Assembly (NCBI RefSeq): GCF_001194135.2 | Contig: NC_068990.1 | Coordinates: 72,675,465 to 72,739,464, forward strand | Source: Octopus bimaculoides | Taxonomy: Eukaryota | Length of the DNA stretch: 64,000 bases | Direction: 5' to 3' | In this document: positions 53,130-64,000 of the stretch, one piece after another | Layout of the letters: every line of letters begins with the position of its first letter | Numbering within the stretch: the stretch's first letter is position 1 | Made by a program: the position numbers and the translations under genes | Notes under the pieces: generated by a model | Told to the model about the DNA's origin: nothing | Databases searched by the model: none | Seen by the model: the letters and a program-made list of their open reading frames with translations, nothing else

Positions 53130-53487
53130 CTTAGAGTTATAAGAACAAACGGTTCACAGCGATCATGTTTCTAAATTCTAAAGAGAAAGTTTAGTTGTCT
53201 TCATACGACTTTCGTTTTTCTTTTCAACATTTCTCAAGAGATGAGAGAACTCTTAGACTTTCAACTTTTAGTTACCAGTGTCTGCATACTTTATATCCTC
53301 TGGAAATAAGTAACTTTTCAATTAGCACCAAATAACCTAAGCCTTCAGGCTGACTACTTTGCATTATGGTTCTAATTGCTCTTAGCATAAACCTCACAAC
53401 CTTACATCTCATTTCTACTTGAAAATTGAGTCTTAATGCTTATTCAATAAATCACTTTTAACATTATTTGATTGAATATTCTATTAT

Positions 53488-53537
<50 letters not shown>

Positions 53538-53902
53538 TCATTATTACTTGGAGGAGGGAAAAAAGACTTGTCTTTTTTTTTTTAATATAAATTGAAGTAG
53601 AAAATCTGTCAGAGTTGAAAGAAATTTACAATAACAAATTTTTTTTTAATACCAACTTGCCAAAGGTCATCCTTATTTCTTTGACACAAACTCCCTCCAC
53701 ATTTTAAAAGTGTACTTTAAAAACATGCCAACATAATTTTAAGTAAAAAGACAAAGACCTTTTGTTAAGTTACGTTCTTAAAAACACCAGCTTAATAATG
53801 ACTTTGTCATTTTCTTTATTAAATTTCTTCAAATTCTTGAATATTTTCAAAATTAGTTGAAGTACATAGGCAGTGTTTTGCCTTGGAAATATACTCTTTT
53901 AT

Positions 53903-54612
53903 TCTTTTACTTGCTTCAGTCATTTGACTGCAGCTCTGCTGGAGCACCTCCTTAAAGGGTATTTTTTCTTAGCTGAAGAAATTGACCCCAGGACTTATTC
54001 TATGTAAACATAGTACTTATTCTATTGGTCTCTTTTGCCAAACTGCTAGATTATGTGCTGTAAACACACCAACATCAGTTGTCAACCGATGGTGAGGGGA
54101 CAAACAGACAGACACACACACACACACAAATATATACATGTAAAAAGCACCCAGGCTTCTTTCATTTTCCGTCTACCAAATTTACTCACAAGGCTTTGGT
54201 TGACCCAAGGCCATAGTAGAAGCCACTTGCCCAAGGTGCCATACAGTGGGACTGAATTCGAAACAATTTTTAGTTGTTGCAGTCATTAGACGGTGGCCAA
54301 GCTGGGGTACTGCCTACAAGAATGAATCAACCTAATTCCTTAAGTCAGGTACTTATTGTATTGGTGGTCTCTTTTAATAGTCATGGGGACATGCACATTA
54401 ACACTGGTTGTCAAGCGGTGGCAGGGGAGACAAACACAGACACAAACACACACACACATACATATATGACAAGCTTTTTTCAGTTTTTGTCTCCCAAATC
54501 CACTCACAAGGCAAGAGGCTATGGTAGAAGACACTCGCCCAAGGTTTCACACAGTAGGACTTGAGTCTGGAAATGTGGCTGGAAAACAAACTTCTTACCA
54601 CACAGCCATGAA
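53903..54612 (-). mobile_element. Two tandem family A SINEs on the minus strand (about 53903-54262 and 54268-54612)
   Basis: Each has the reverse-complemented tail, an (AC)n middle and caaatccactcacaaggc / tttactcacaaggctttgg followed by the head region. Confidence 0.8.
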
Positions 54613-55106
54613 CGAGAAAAAATAAAATAAAACAGAGACATTCATTGACATGGTAGATTCCCAGCATTGTCAGCATGTTCAAAATCAGTATGACCTATTC
54701 AGCCAGATCTGGCTGCAGCAGGCCCCTTTTTTTTTTATTAATTAAAAAAGATATTTTTCATTTTGCTCTTGCAATGTGTTTTCCTAACATTGTAATCAGC
54801 AAAGATTTCACCTCTGACTGAATTATTGTCTTTTTATCAGTCATTAAACCAGAAGCAACTAATAAACTAGATATTTCATAAGAATTAGTTAACCCACTTT
54901 CAGTCCTGGCTAGTCTTTCAGCACTGAGAAAATGACTTGGCTAACAGATGTCCCTGAATAATTAATGGAACATGAAGTAATACTGAAAAGGCATTTAACT
55001 GCAATGAGGTCAGTAAGCTACAAACACATTGTTGAACTTGTCTTGATGCATGGTACAACAAAAGTAATGTAGTTAATTATTATTATTATTATTATTATTA
55101 TTATAC

Positions 55107-56190
55107 TAAAGTGGCGAGCTGGCAGAATCAATTAGCAAGCCAGGTGAAATGCTTAGTGGTATTTCGTCTGCCGTTAAGTTCTGAGTTAAAATTCCACCAA
55201 GGTTGACTTTGCTTTCATCCTTTCAGGATCAATAAAATTAGTACCGGTTACACACTGGGTTGATGTAATTGACTTAATCCCTTCCCCCAAATTTGAGACT
55301 TTGTGCTTCCAGCAGGAAGGATTATTACTATTATTATTAAGGTGATGAGCTAGCGGAATCGTTAGCCCACTGGACAAAGAGCTTAGGAGCATTTTGTCCA
55401 TCTTTATGCACTGAGTTCAAATTTCACTGCCGTCAACTTTGCTTTTCATTCTTTCGGGGTCAATAAAATAAGTACCAGTTGAGTACTGGAATCAATGTAA
55501 TCAACTAGCCCCCTCCCCACAAATTTCTGGCCTTGTGCTATAGTAGAAAGGATTATTATTATTATTATTAAGGCAGTGAGCTGGAAAAATCATTAGCAGG
55601 AGTGGCTGTGTGGTCCGAAGCTTGCTTCTCAACCACATGGTTCCGGGTTCAGTCCCACTGTGGGGCACCTTGGGTAAGTGTCTTCTACTATAGCCTTGGG
55701 CCGACCAAAGCCANNNNNNNNNNGTTCAGTCCCACTGCGTGGTACCATGGGCAAGTGTCTTCTACTATAGCCTATATATATATGTATGTATGTGTATGTA
55801 TATGTTTATGTGTCTGTGTTTCTCCCCCCAACATCGCTTGACAACCGATGCTGGTGTGTTTACGTCCCCGTAACTTAGCGGTTCGACTAAAGAGAACGAT
55901 AGAATAAGTATTAGGCTTAGAGTGCATAAGTCCTGGGGTCGATTAGCTCGACTAAAAGGCGGTGGTGCTCCAACATGGCTGCAGTCAAATGACTGAAATG
56001 AGTAAAAGAGTATACCCGACAAAATGCTTAGTGGCATCTATTTCAACTTTGTATCCCGAGTTCAAATTCCATCAAAGTCAACTTTGCCTGTCATCTTTTC
56101 AGACAATGAAATAAGTACCAGTTGAGCAGTAGGGTTAATGTAATCAACTAGCTTGTTCCCTGCAAATTTCAGGCCTTGTGCCTGTAGTAG
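55107..56190 (+). mobile_element. Stack of three family B SINEs, the third split by a family A SINE (55598-56012)
   Basis: B heads at about 55107, 55339 and 55571 follow (ATT)n tracts. The third breaks after cattagca and resumes at about 56014 (ccgacaaaatgcttagtgg). Confidence 0.85.
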
Positions 56191-56547
56191 GACTTTTTTT
56201 TCTTTTTTTCCCTCCCTTATTGGCAAAGGAAGCTACAGATATTGACTAACATACATAATGTTTATACAGTTAGCAAGTGATTATATAGTTCACAAAACCC
56301 TGTGTATAATGAAACTGACTGAGCTGAAGACAAGGCTTCTTGGTTTAGTAACATTAATAAAGAAGGTTGTCTATTAAATTATCTAACTAATGTGCATGTT
56401 GGAATGAATCAGAAAAAAAAAACATTAAAATTTACTGAAGGCGTTAGAGGAGTTGGAATCAAGTTGATGAAGGGTGAATGGAGGAAAGAAGATCCATCAG
56501 GATTTACGAAATGCATTTTGGACAGAAGAATAAAAGTAAAATAACCA

Positions 56548-56580
<33 letters not shown>

Positions 56581-56833
56581 TGTGTGTGTGGTGGTGGCTC
56601 AACCATCATTTTATGTCCACCTTCTATGCTGACATGGATTGGACATTTCAATGTCATGCTTCACAGTGTTGTATATAGTTTAAATGATCGTTTCAATGGC
56701 TGGATGCCTGTTCCAACACCAAATATTTTAGTGTACTGGATGCGCACTTATTCGTGGGACACTGACACTAAATTGATCATCTTGGAACTAGGCAAGACTA
56801 AAGAACCAACACAACTTAAAGGAGAATAGGAGG

Positions 56834-56869
<36 letters not shown>

Positions 56870-57088
56870 GAGAGAGAGAGCAATGATTTAGGTGAAGAGA
56901 TGGCAGGTGAAATAAGATGAAAATAACAGCTTCATTGTTATGAGAGGATGATAGGGGAGAGAGTAACAAAACAGACACTTTTGGGAGGGGAAGTATGTAA
57001 GTGGACAGGGAAAAGAAGAGGAGAAATATAAAGGGCTAGTGAGAAAGAGAGAGGACAGAGTAGAAAGGGCAGTGGGGTGCATGTGTTC

Positions 57089-57211
<123 letters not shown>

Positions 57212-57289
57212 TAACCATTCAATGTTTAAAAAGTTGTTTTATAGATACTTCTTCCAAAATTCCTATTTTGCTTTTCGCACATTAACTTG

Positions 57290-57493
57290 TGTAGGTTAAA
57301 CTATGTAAAATATTAGAGAAAGGGATCTGTTTCTTGCAACACATACCAATACATATATTTAAAGCAAAACTTTTTCAGGGGCCCTCAAAAAACTACTGTG
57401 GATCCACAATTTACTATTTTGTTGCATAGACTTCCAAAAATCTTATATGGGCCCTCAGGGAGGCGCCATATGGATTCCAGTTGAGAACCACTG
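57290..57493. mobile_element. hAT (Charlie-like) MITE right end
   Basis: Terminal ttgagaaccactg (reverse complement of the CAGTGGTTCTCAA TIR type) immediately followed by ctctagag, the NTCTAGAN target typical of Charlie hATs. Left TIR not found. Confidence 0.55.
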
Positions 57494-57603
57494 CTCTAGA
57501 GTATAAGTTTTACTATTATAGATTTATAATGAAAGCAACTTGTCAGGCATTGGGGATAACACCCTTATGAATTACTTGCTTCAATGATCAGCTCCAAGTT
57601 TAC

Positions 57604-57765
57604 CTACCCTGAAGGTATTGTTTTTCTATTTTCTTTTTTGGTCCAACTTGACAATGCCAGTTAATGGCCCTGCCAATGGCTTTACCATTTTCATCTTCCT
57701 CATAGCTTTGTTTACTGTAACTTTTCCAGTGTATAAAACTATGCCTGACTTTCTGATTGCATTCA
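57604..57765 (-). CDS. Candidate 162-nt exon: xECNQKVRHSFIHWKSYSKQSYEEDENGKAIGRAINWHCQVGPKKKIEKQYLQG(R/S)
   Basis: Acceptor aaactcttcgtttag, 53 open codons, donor ggtag|gtaaac. Alternative donors give ends at 57608 or 57686. With the 57686 donor a second frame (xNAIRKSGIVLYTGKVTVNKAMRKMKM) is also open. Confidence 0.45.
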
Positions 57766-58348
57766 CTAAACGAAGAGTTTTCTAATATCTGACTTGGTGC
57801 CCCTTACCCCACCCTGCCACCATACCACTCCGCCTAATATGTTTTTCATAATAAAACTACTACTCAGCTTTCTTTCTTTCTTCTTTTATTTTTTGTCACC
57901 AGCACTTCAACTTTTATGGTGATCATCTTACGATTCACACACTTTCTCAAAGTTACACAAAACGATGGCTTTTATAAGAAACATAGAGAAAGTATATGGA
58001 AATAACATATTCACATTGTTTGCATTGATGGCTGAGAAATAGTAAAAATAGAGCACATATGTATTCTAGCACAAAACAAGTAGAAGTTTTATATTTATAA
58101 TGCTATTTTTGATTTGAAAAGCTTCTTATTTTAATATCAGGTGTGAGCCTGTCAGTCACCAAGATTTTCATGACTGCAAAAACACAAAACAAGGAATTTT
58201 CTTTTCTAATTTTTATTAATAATTTCAAAAGTCATTAACATATATAAAGCATATAACTATGTTAAGATAATCTAGAAGATAGTGTACGTAATATTGTAAA
58301 TGTGAGACAGTATTGAATGTTTGACCGAGGCAGAAAGGACCTCCTTAC

Positions 58349-58436
58349 CTTCACAAGGCATGATCTCCAAAACAAAACATTTTGAGAAGTTACGTAATCC
58401 ATTTAAGCTATGAATCTTGAAAAGTTCACGACTTAC
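58349..58436 (-). CDS. Candidate 88-nt exon: VSRELFKIHSLNGLRNFSKCFVLEIMPCE
   Basis: Very strong acceptor (T-run, ccattttctttag) and donor gaag|gtaagg. Open phase 0 to phase 1. Confidence 0.55.
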
Positions 58437-59660
58437 CTAAAGAAAATGGAAAAAAAAAAAAAAAATTAAAGTAAGATATTACGTATATTATTAAGTCTAC
58501 TGAACTAATTATTAATTAATATGAAATCACCAGTATTTGTCAAGGGGGAAAAATGAGTTATTTAAATAGTGCATTTTAACAAAATTCTTCAAGTGATAAT
58601 TACATTTATTCATGGGAGAGAATTTGTGTACTGAGGAAATTTAAAAATGGAATACTTATAAAATCAATATCAAACATGTGATAGATAAATGATAGATAGG
58701 CTGAGAGAAAGAAGGTCACGAGTACAATTGTAATGGTCACACCACTACTCACAGAAATAAAAAAAACAAAAAAGAAAAGTTCAAAACATCAAAGATGATG
58801 ATGATGATGATCATCATCATCTAATGAATTCTAGCTACATTACATGATTAAGCATTAATTGAAAGGTGGTATTCTAATACAGTTTAGAGTACTAGAGAAA
58901 GACTGTTTTTTAAATATACAAAAAATAAAATAAAACCAATTAAATTAAGTAGAAAGCAGCCAGCTCCTACTCCCAAATATTCAAAATATTACCAAAAATA
59001 AGAAAGAAAATTAAACATACAGATCTTTTGCTTTGATTTGCAATCACTAATACTCAGTATTTTTATTCCTTGGAATAGCAAAATTGTAGAGTATGTATGT
59101 AAATTTTGAAATACTCACTCATTTCTAAAACTGATGCCAACAGTCCAAAATGTAACTTTATTAGCAATAACAACTTGTTTCAGATGTTTATATGTTTCAC
59201 AATAACAATTTGCTCAATAATCTCAAACAGTTATATAGATTCAGCATTGATGAGAGCTTGTATCAGAAATACTTTTAGACTGTCTGCATTGCATTGAAGG
59301 GTTTGTGTTGTTAGACATAGCCATATATCTTAGTTTAGTTAAACAGGTACCAGTTCATCTGCAATAGGCAAGTCTCATATGGAGAAGGGCTAGTTAGTTT
59401 TCACACACTTAAGAGTAGGAAATATACAGCTAATAGAATTAATAGCATGTTTTAAAGAATTCTCAACATAATGTAAAGCTTATTGTTGGAAGTAATGAGA
59501 GCACTGTAAAATTAATGGATTCATCATGTACTTCATGCAAGAACTACACTCTGATAGAGTGTATTGGTATATACTCTGCCATACTGGCTTGCCCTGAGTA
59601 TACTACATGAAGATAAAGCTTCAGTTACACTTCAGAAACTTAGGGAGTTGTGGAACTCAC

Positions 59661-59694
59661 TACTACTGGCATCACGCTTGATTGATTCTTACAG
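59661..59694 (-). CDS. Candidate 34-nt exon: xCKNQSSVMPVV
   Basis: Donor gta|gtgagt and acceptor catcttactacaag. Phase 2 to phase 0 links the 61.1 kb and 58.4 kb candidates in frame. Confidence 0.25.
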
Positions 59695-60687
59695 CTTGTA
59701 GTAAGATGAACTAACATTTTGCATGTTATATAGGGTTCATTTCTCCCTCTCATTCTATCTGTCTCTCTTGACTAATCTACAATTCCCTTGCTGAAAACTG
59801 AAATAATTATTCTCTGTTACTCAGTATGAATATACTCAATAACTATTTTAAAACCCACCTAATTAGTTACAATCTAAGGCAATAAATTGTTTAATTGAAT
59901 TATTCACTTTGCTTGATTACATCAAATTTTTGTTTTCTTTATCCCCCCCCCCCATCATTCTATATTTAGTTGAATTAAATTAAAAGATAAACTTGAATAA
60001 AATGCTACCTAACTTCCAAAAGTTGATAGGTACTTTACACAAAACAAAAATATCTGAACGCATTTCCATATTTTTCATTATTTATTTAAAATTATGTTTG
60101 AAATCTATTTTAATTAAATTGGCAATAATTTATTGCAAATAAGGAGAAAATATAAAGAAATCAGAGCAGAATAGATTAATGTGTGGAATCAGTTACAAAA
60201 ATTGATTTAAAAAATAAACAGGAGGAAATTATGCAGATCTAAATTAACCCAAAGGAATTTAGATACAACAGATAAAAGAAAACTTGCACTATATATTTTC
60301 ATAAATATCATTTAAGCTCACATTTAAATAGTGTATAATGCAAAACTAGAACAGATTATATCTTTATGTATGTTAGTAACAACAATCGATGTTATAAATA
60401 TCATAAATTGTCTCTTTATGTTTTAATATTAATCTAAGAGCTTGATTTTTTTTTTATCTAACTGTTTAGACATTTTTAACACACATAAGGGATTATTTTG
60501 AAATATTTCTAAATCTAATTAGATTAAATTCTAAAATCATCAGAATTGGTAAACAAACAAAAACAAGCTAAAACCATTTTCAAGTTTAAGACTGATTTAT
60601 TCTTTGTATGCTTACTTATAATAGGCTTTGTTTGCTAAGGTTTAGTAGACACCGAAAATAAAATAATAAATGACTGTTCATTTTCAG

Positions 60688-60741
60688 AAATTACAAGAAC
60701 TGATAGCTGATAAAAGAGAACCAGAAGGCTGTCTATTGCAG
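60688..60741 (+). CDS. Candidate 54-nt plus-strand exon: KLQELIADKREPEGCLLQ
   Basis: Acceptor ctgttcattttcag and donor gcag|gtagct. Symmetric phase 0. Antisense to the minus-strand exon chain. Confidence 0.3.
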
Positions 60742-61039
60742 GTAGCTTTTCCTGTGGGTGGTAATTAACTCAGTTGAGTACAGCAAGCTAAAAAGAAGTG
60801 CTGATTCTGCCCTGCAGCAGTGAATTAATTATACGCCTTGCAGCACCAACTAAGAACTAAATGGACACATAATAGTAATGTCAGTAGTAGCAAAGGAATC
60901 ACTAAATCCCTCAGCTATTGCAGCTCGCCTAAAAATAAAAATAATAATGATAAAAAATACCATTAATATAATTTACAATGCAAAGAAGTTGTATTCGGAA
61001 TATTATAATAATTTCAGTTCAAATATAAAGTATGCTTAC

Positions 61040-61130
61040 TTGTAAATTGCTTTTTCAAGGTCGTTCAATGAATATTTTTCTCCATACTTCACCCCAGTCC
61101 CATACATATTGAAATATCTACCAAGAATGT
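61040..61130 (-). CDS. Candidate exon: (xILG)RYFNMYGTGVKYGEKYSLNDLEKAIY(K/N)
   Basis: Strong donor acaa|gtaagc and 29 open codons. The acceptor gives a start at 61130 or 61117; both are only moderate. Confidence 0.4.
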
Positions 61131-61292
61131 CTAATATCTTTTTAATCAATGAAATACATATTCAAAAGTAACTCTAAGTAGTTTTGTAAATATCAAAACA
61201 AATGGTATTCTTATGGAGCAGTGCCAGTCAAATATAGCAAGTGAATTATTTTTGCCCCAGCAACAGCCTTTTCTAATTTTAGTGATATTGAT

Positions 61293-61325
<33 letters not shown>

Positions 61326-64000
61326 TATCTAGCTATATAACTAAATGAACAGTTATTTATGGAAAAAAAGAGATGACTGTGTTCTTTTTTTTTTGTTTTT
61401 TAAAAAAGCTATGCATTCTTCATCCATCCACTAATAATGGAGCTCTGTAGTAATAGTTAAGATAATTATCAAATAATATTTTAATTTGTTGTCATTAGAT
61501 CATCTCAAAATTCCTTTAAGAACACTGCAATTTCTTTACCAATTATGATCTTTATAATCAGAGTCAGCATTGTCCACTAGATAAACCAAATATCATCTCT
61601 AGCGTTAACACAAACTCAGATGAAATTTCTAAATCTATATAGGCAAAATATAAATAGATAAACTTTTTAGACAAAACAAAACAAAAACAAAAAGATGATA
61701 AATAAAATATACCAAATGTCTTGATAATGGCTTGTAGGTATAGTAGAAGACTAGTTTCTATCTTCCTATATTTAATCTTTTTTCCAATTAAAATGAAATA
61801 AAAATGTAACATTTTGCTAAGAGCACTACATACACTTAATCTACTCTCATGTATAATATTCAATTTTCATATGGGCTAAGAATCCATTTCATAATATGAT
61901 CTAGTTTTAGATAAAATATTTATCCATGGTTATACAGCTGCAAATGAGTAGCAACTTAGTCTTCTGAAGTGACAATAGATGAAAGAATCAATGAGTTTAT
62001 CAATCAATTTTTGAATATTTACAAATAAGCTCACTACAAGATTACATTTAAAACACATTTTTCTTTACCTCTTTTTTTCATTTATTAAATGGTTATTCTG
62101 AGCCCGACTTATCTTTCTGAATATCATTATTGGAACCAACATTTTATTTTTTTATTTTTTATATTGAGTATATAGAGACATTTTTATTATTTTTTCTACT
62201 TTCAAAGCATCAACTATGGTGAGAATCCCAATATCTTCTTTCACATGACACCAGTTGACTGATTCCCATAAGCATAAATGATGCTGCATTCCACAGTAAT
62301 CTCATATGTGTGTGTGTGTGCACACGTGTGTATATATATTTGTAAATAGTAAGGGATTACTCCAAACATTAACTAGTTTGCTCTCAGTTAGGAATTTAAA
62401 ATAAGTAATTCAATAGTTAATATATAAATCCAATAATATTCTCATAAAATAAGAATTTAGAAATGTATTCCATTGGATATATATATTGTTAAACAATGTC
62501 AATGTATGTATCATTTCTTTGTTACTGTTCTGCAAATGCCACAAGTATATGTTGTGGTTCTATCTTCCTTGGAGTTACTATTCGTACTATTTTACAGTAA
62601 CTTCTAGTCCTATGTTACTGCTCTCAGAAACTTTGTGCAATAGTACCACTATACCTCACATTCACCAACCAAATCATAAGGTTTCATAGCTGGATACATA
62701 TATATTGATGAAACATATACAATAACATTATTATTGTTCATTCACATCTTCAAATATATAGTGAATGCATGTATATTGGATATGAATATGGATGTGTGTG
62801 TGTGCTGGAGGTCTGGTTTGTTTGAAAGTGATTGCTCAAATGTCCATGCTGGTCTCTAAAAAACTAATGAAGTTAGAAAGTAAAAACATTTTGTATCAAT
62901 AACCATAAAACAAAAGAAGAAAAATAACTTTTTCTTCCCTTTTAAACAGTTGCTTTTTCAGAAGTTTCTTAGTAAATAAATATCCAGCTTTATTTAACAT
63001 GTCATATACTGTTAGAACATTCACAGTATAAAGTTTTAGTTTCAAATTGCAGTTATGTTTATTTCCAACAAGCAGCAAATAGGCAATACTATCAGATTTA
63101 TAAATAATTTAAGCTTATTGCATCTGTGACCATAAAATATTTCAGCACTTATTCTAGAAATAACAGTCACATCTCTTTCCAATCATACTCTGTCTTAAAG
63201 AAACAATGACACATTACATAATATGGTCCTGAATATTTGAATAAGAGATGAGACAGTCATGGATGGAATGCATTTGATGAGCTCAAACATAGCTGCCTTG
63301 GGGTTAGAATCATTATTTTAGTCACCCTCCATTTGCTAGAAATTATCTTCTTCAGGATTCAGTTTTTTTTTTAACCCTTTAGCATTCAGATATGTGCAAT
63401 GACATCAACCTCAATTTTACATGTCTTTTTTTCTTTTCTCTTGTTCATGTTAGACCAAGGATTATGAATGTTCAATTTTACAGCCAAATGCCCTTCCTGG
63501 TATCAAATCTTACCAAGTTTATAAGTATCTTTATTCTTCTAATCTTGACACATCCATGTTGCTGAGCAATTTGGAGAAACAGGCGTTTTAGACCAATTGG
63601 CATCAGATTAGCAATTGGCTTTTTCTTCTTTATTGAAAATGGAATTCGTGCTTATACAAAAAATAAACAAAACACAGTTGTCCATGCAGAAGACAAACAA
63701 AAATATTCACACACACAAACAACAGGCTTCTCTCTGCCAATTTCATTCTCAAAGTATTTGTCAGCCCAAAGTTAAAATAGAAGGCACTTACTTGCCCAAA
63801 GTGCCATGCAGTAAGAGGTTAGAGGTTAAAGGCAAGGTTCGTCTGAATATATATTACAAATGAAGGGAAATAGCTTTGATTACAGTTCTTCACCTTAAAC
63901 AATATTTAAACAATAAGCTCACTTAATCCTATGTCAAAGGGTTAATATGTGCAGGTTATTCTTGATGTCTACTTTAGAATTCAGTGCACTATGTGTGTGT

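Noticed and set aside
3586-55723. N runs at 3586-3653, 9541-9740, 13370-13860, 40982-41468, 46241-46279, 51509-51658 and 55714-55723
   Set aside because: These are assembly gaps, mostly at microsatellites. They may hide additional exons but are not features.
55640-55770. Apparent internal duplication of the SINE head (gttcagtcccactg...ctactatagcc twice)
   Set aside because: The two copies flank a 10-N gap (55714-55723), so an unmerged contig overlap is the likely cause.
57686-57765. SGIVLYTGKVT similarity to the P4-ATPase GxVxYTGxxT motif
   Set aside because: The surrounding residues and neighbouring exon candidates do not match P-type ATPase sequence; probably coincidental.

Overview
AT-rich, microsatellite-dense eukaryotic genomic DNA with seven N-gaps. 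It is not prokaryotic and has no operons, CRISPR arrays, rRNA or tRNA genes. The SINE families look like those I associate with octopus/coleoid cephalopod genomes (inference from recall, not a search). Almost all ORF-track entries are artefacts of simple repeats or gaps. Well supported: several tRNA-derived SINE families (some stacked head-to-tail, nested or inverted), an RTE-clade LINE 3' fossil, an internally deleted mariner with both TIRs, a decayed Tigger/pogo transposase, piggyBac-like, hAT-like and CACTA-ended MITEs, a Helentron-type non-autonomous (HINE/DINE-like) element, and a 67-bp-arm foldback. Several short open frames bounded by canonical splice sites suggest the window lies within a long-intron gene, more likely on the minus strand (best candidates 61.1, 58.4, 57.7, 53.1, 31.8, 20.0 and 18.0 kb), with competing plus-strand candidates. 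I cannot name the gene, and all exon calls need transcript support. I found no clearly new biological system. The best leads are dsRNA-forming structures as possible ADAR substrates, an AG|GTAAGT recursive-splice-type exon, microexons and a possible small secreted peptide.
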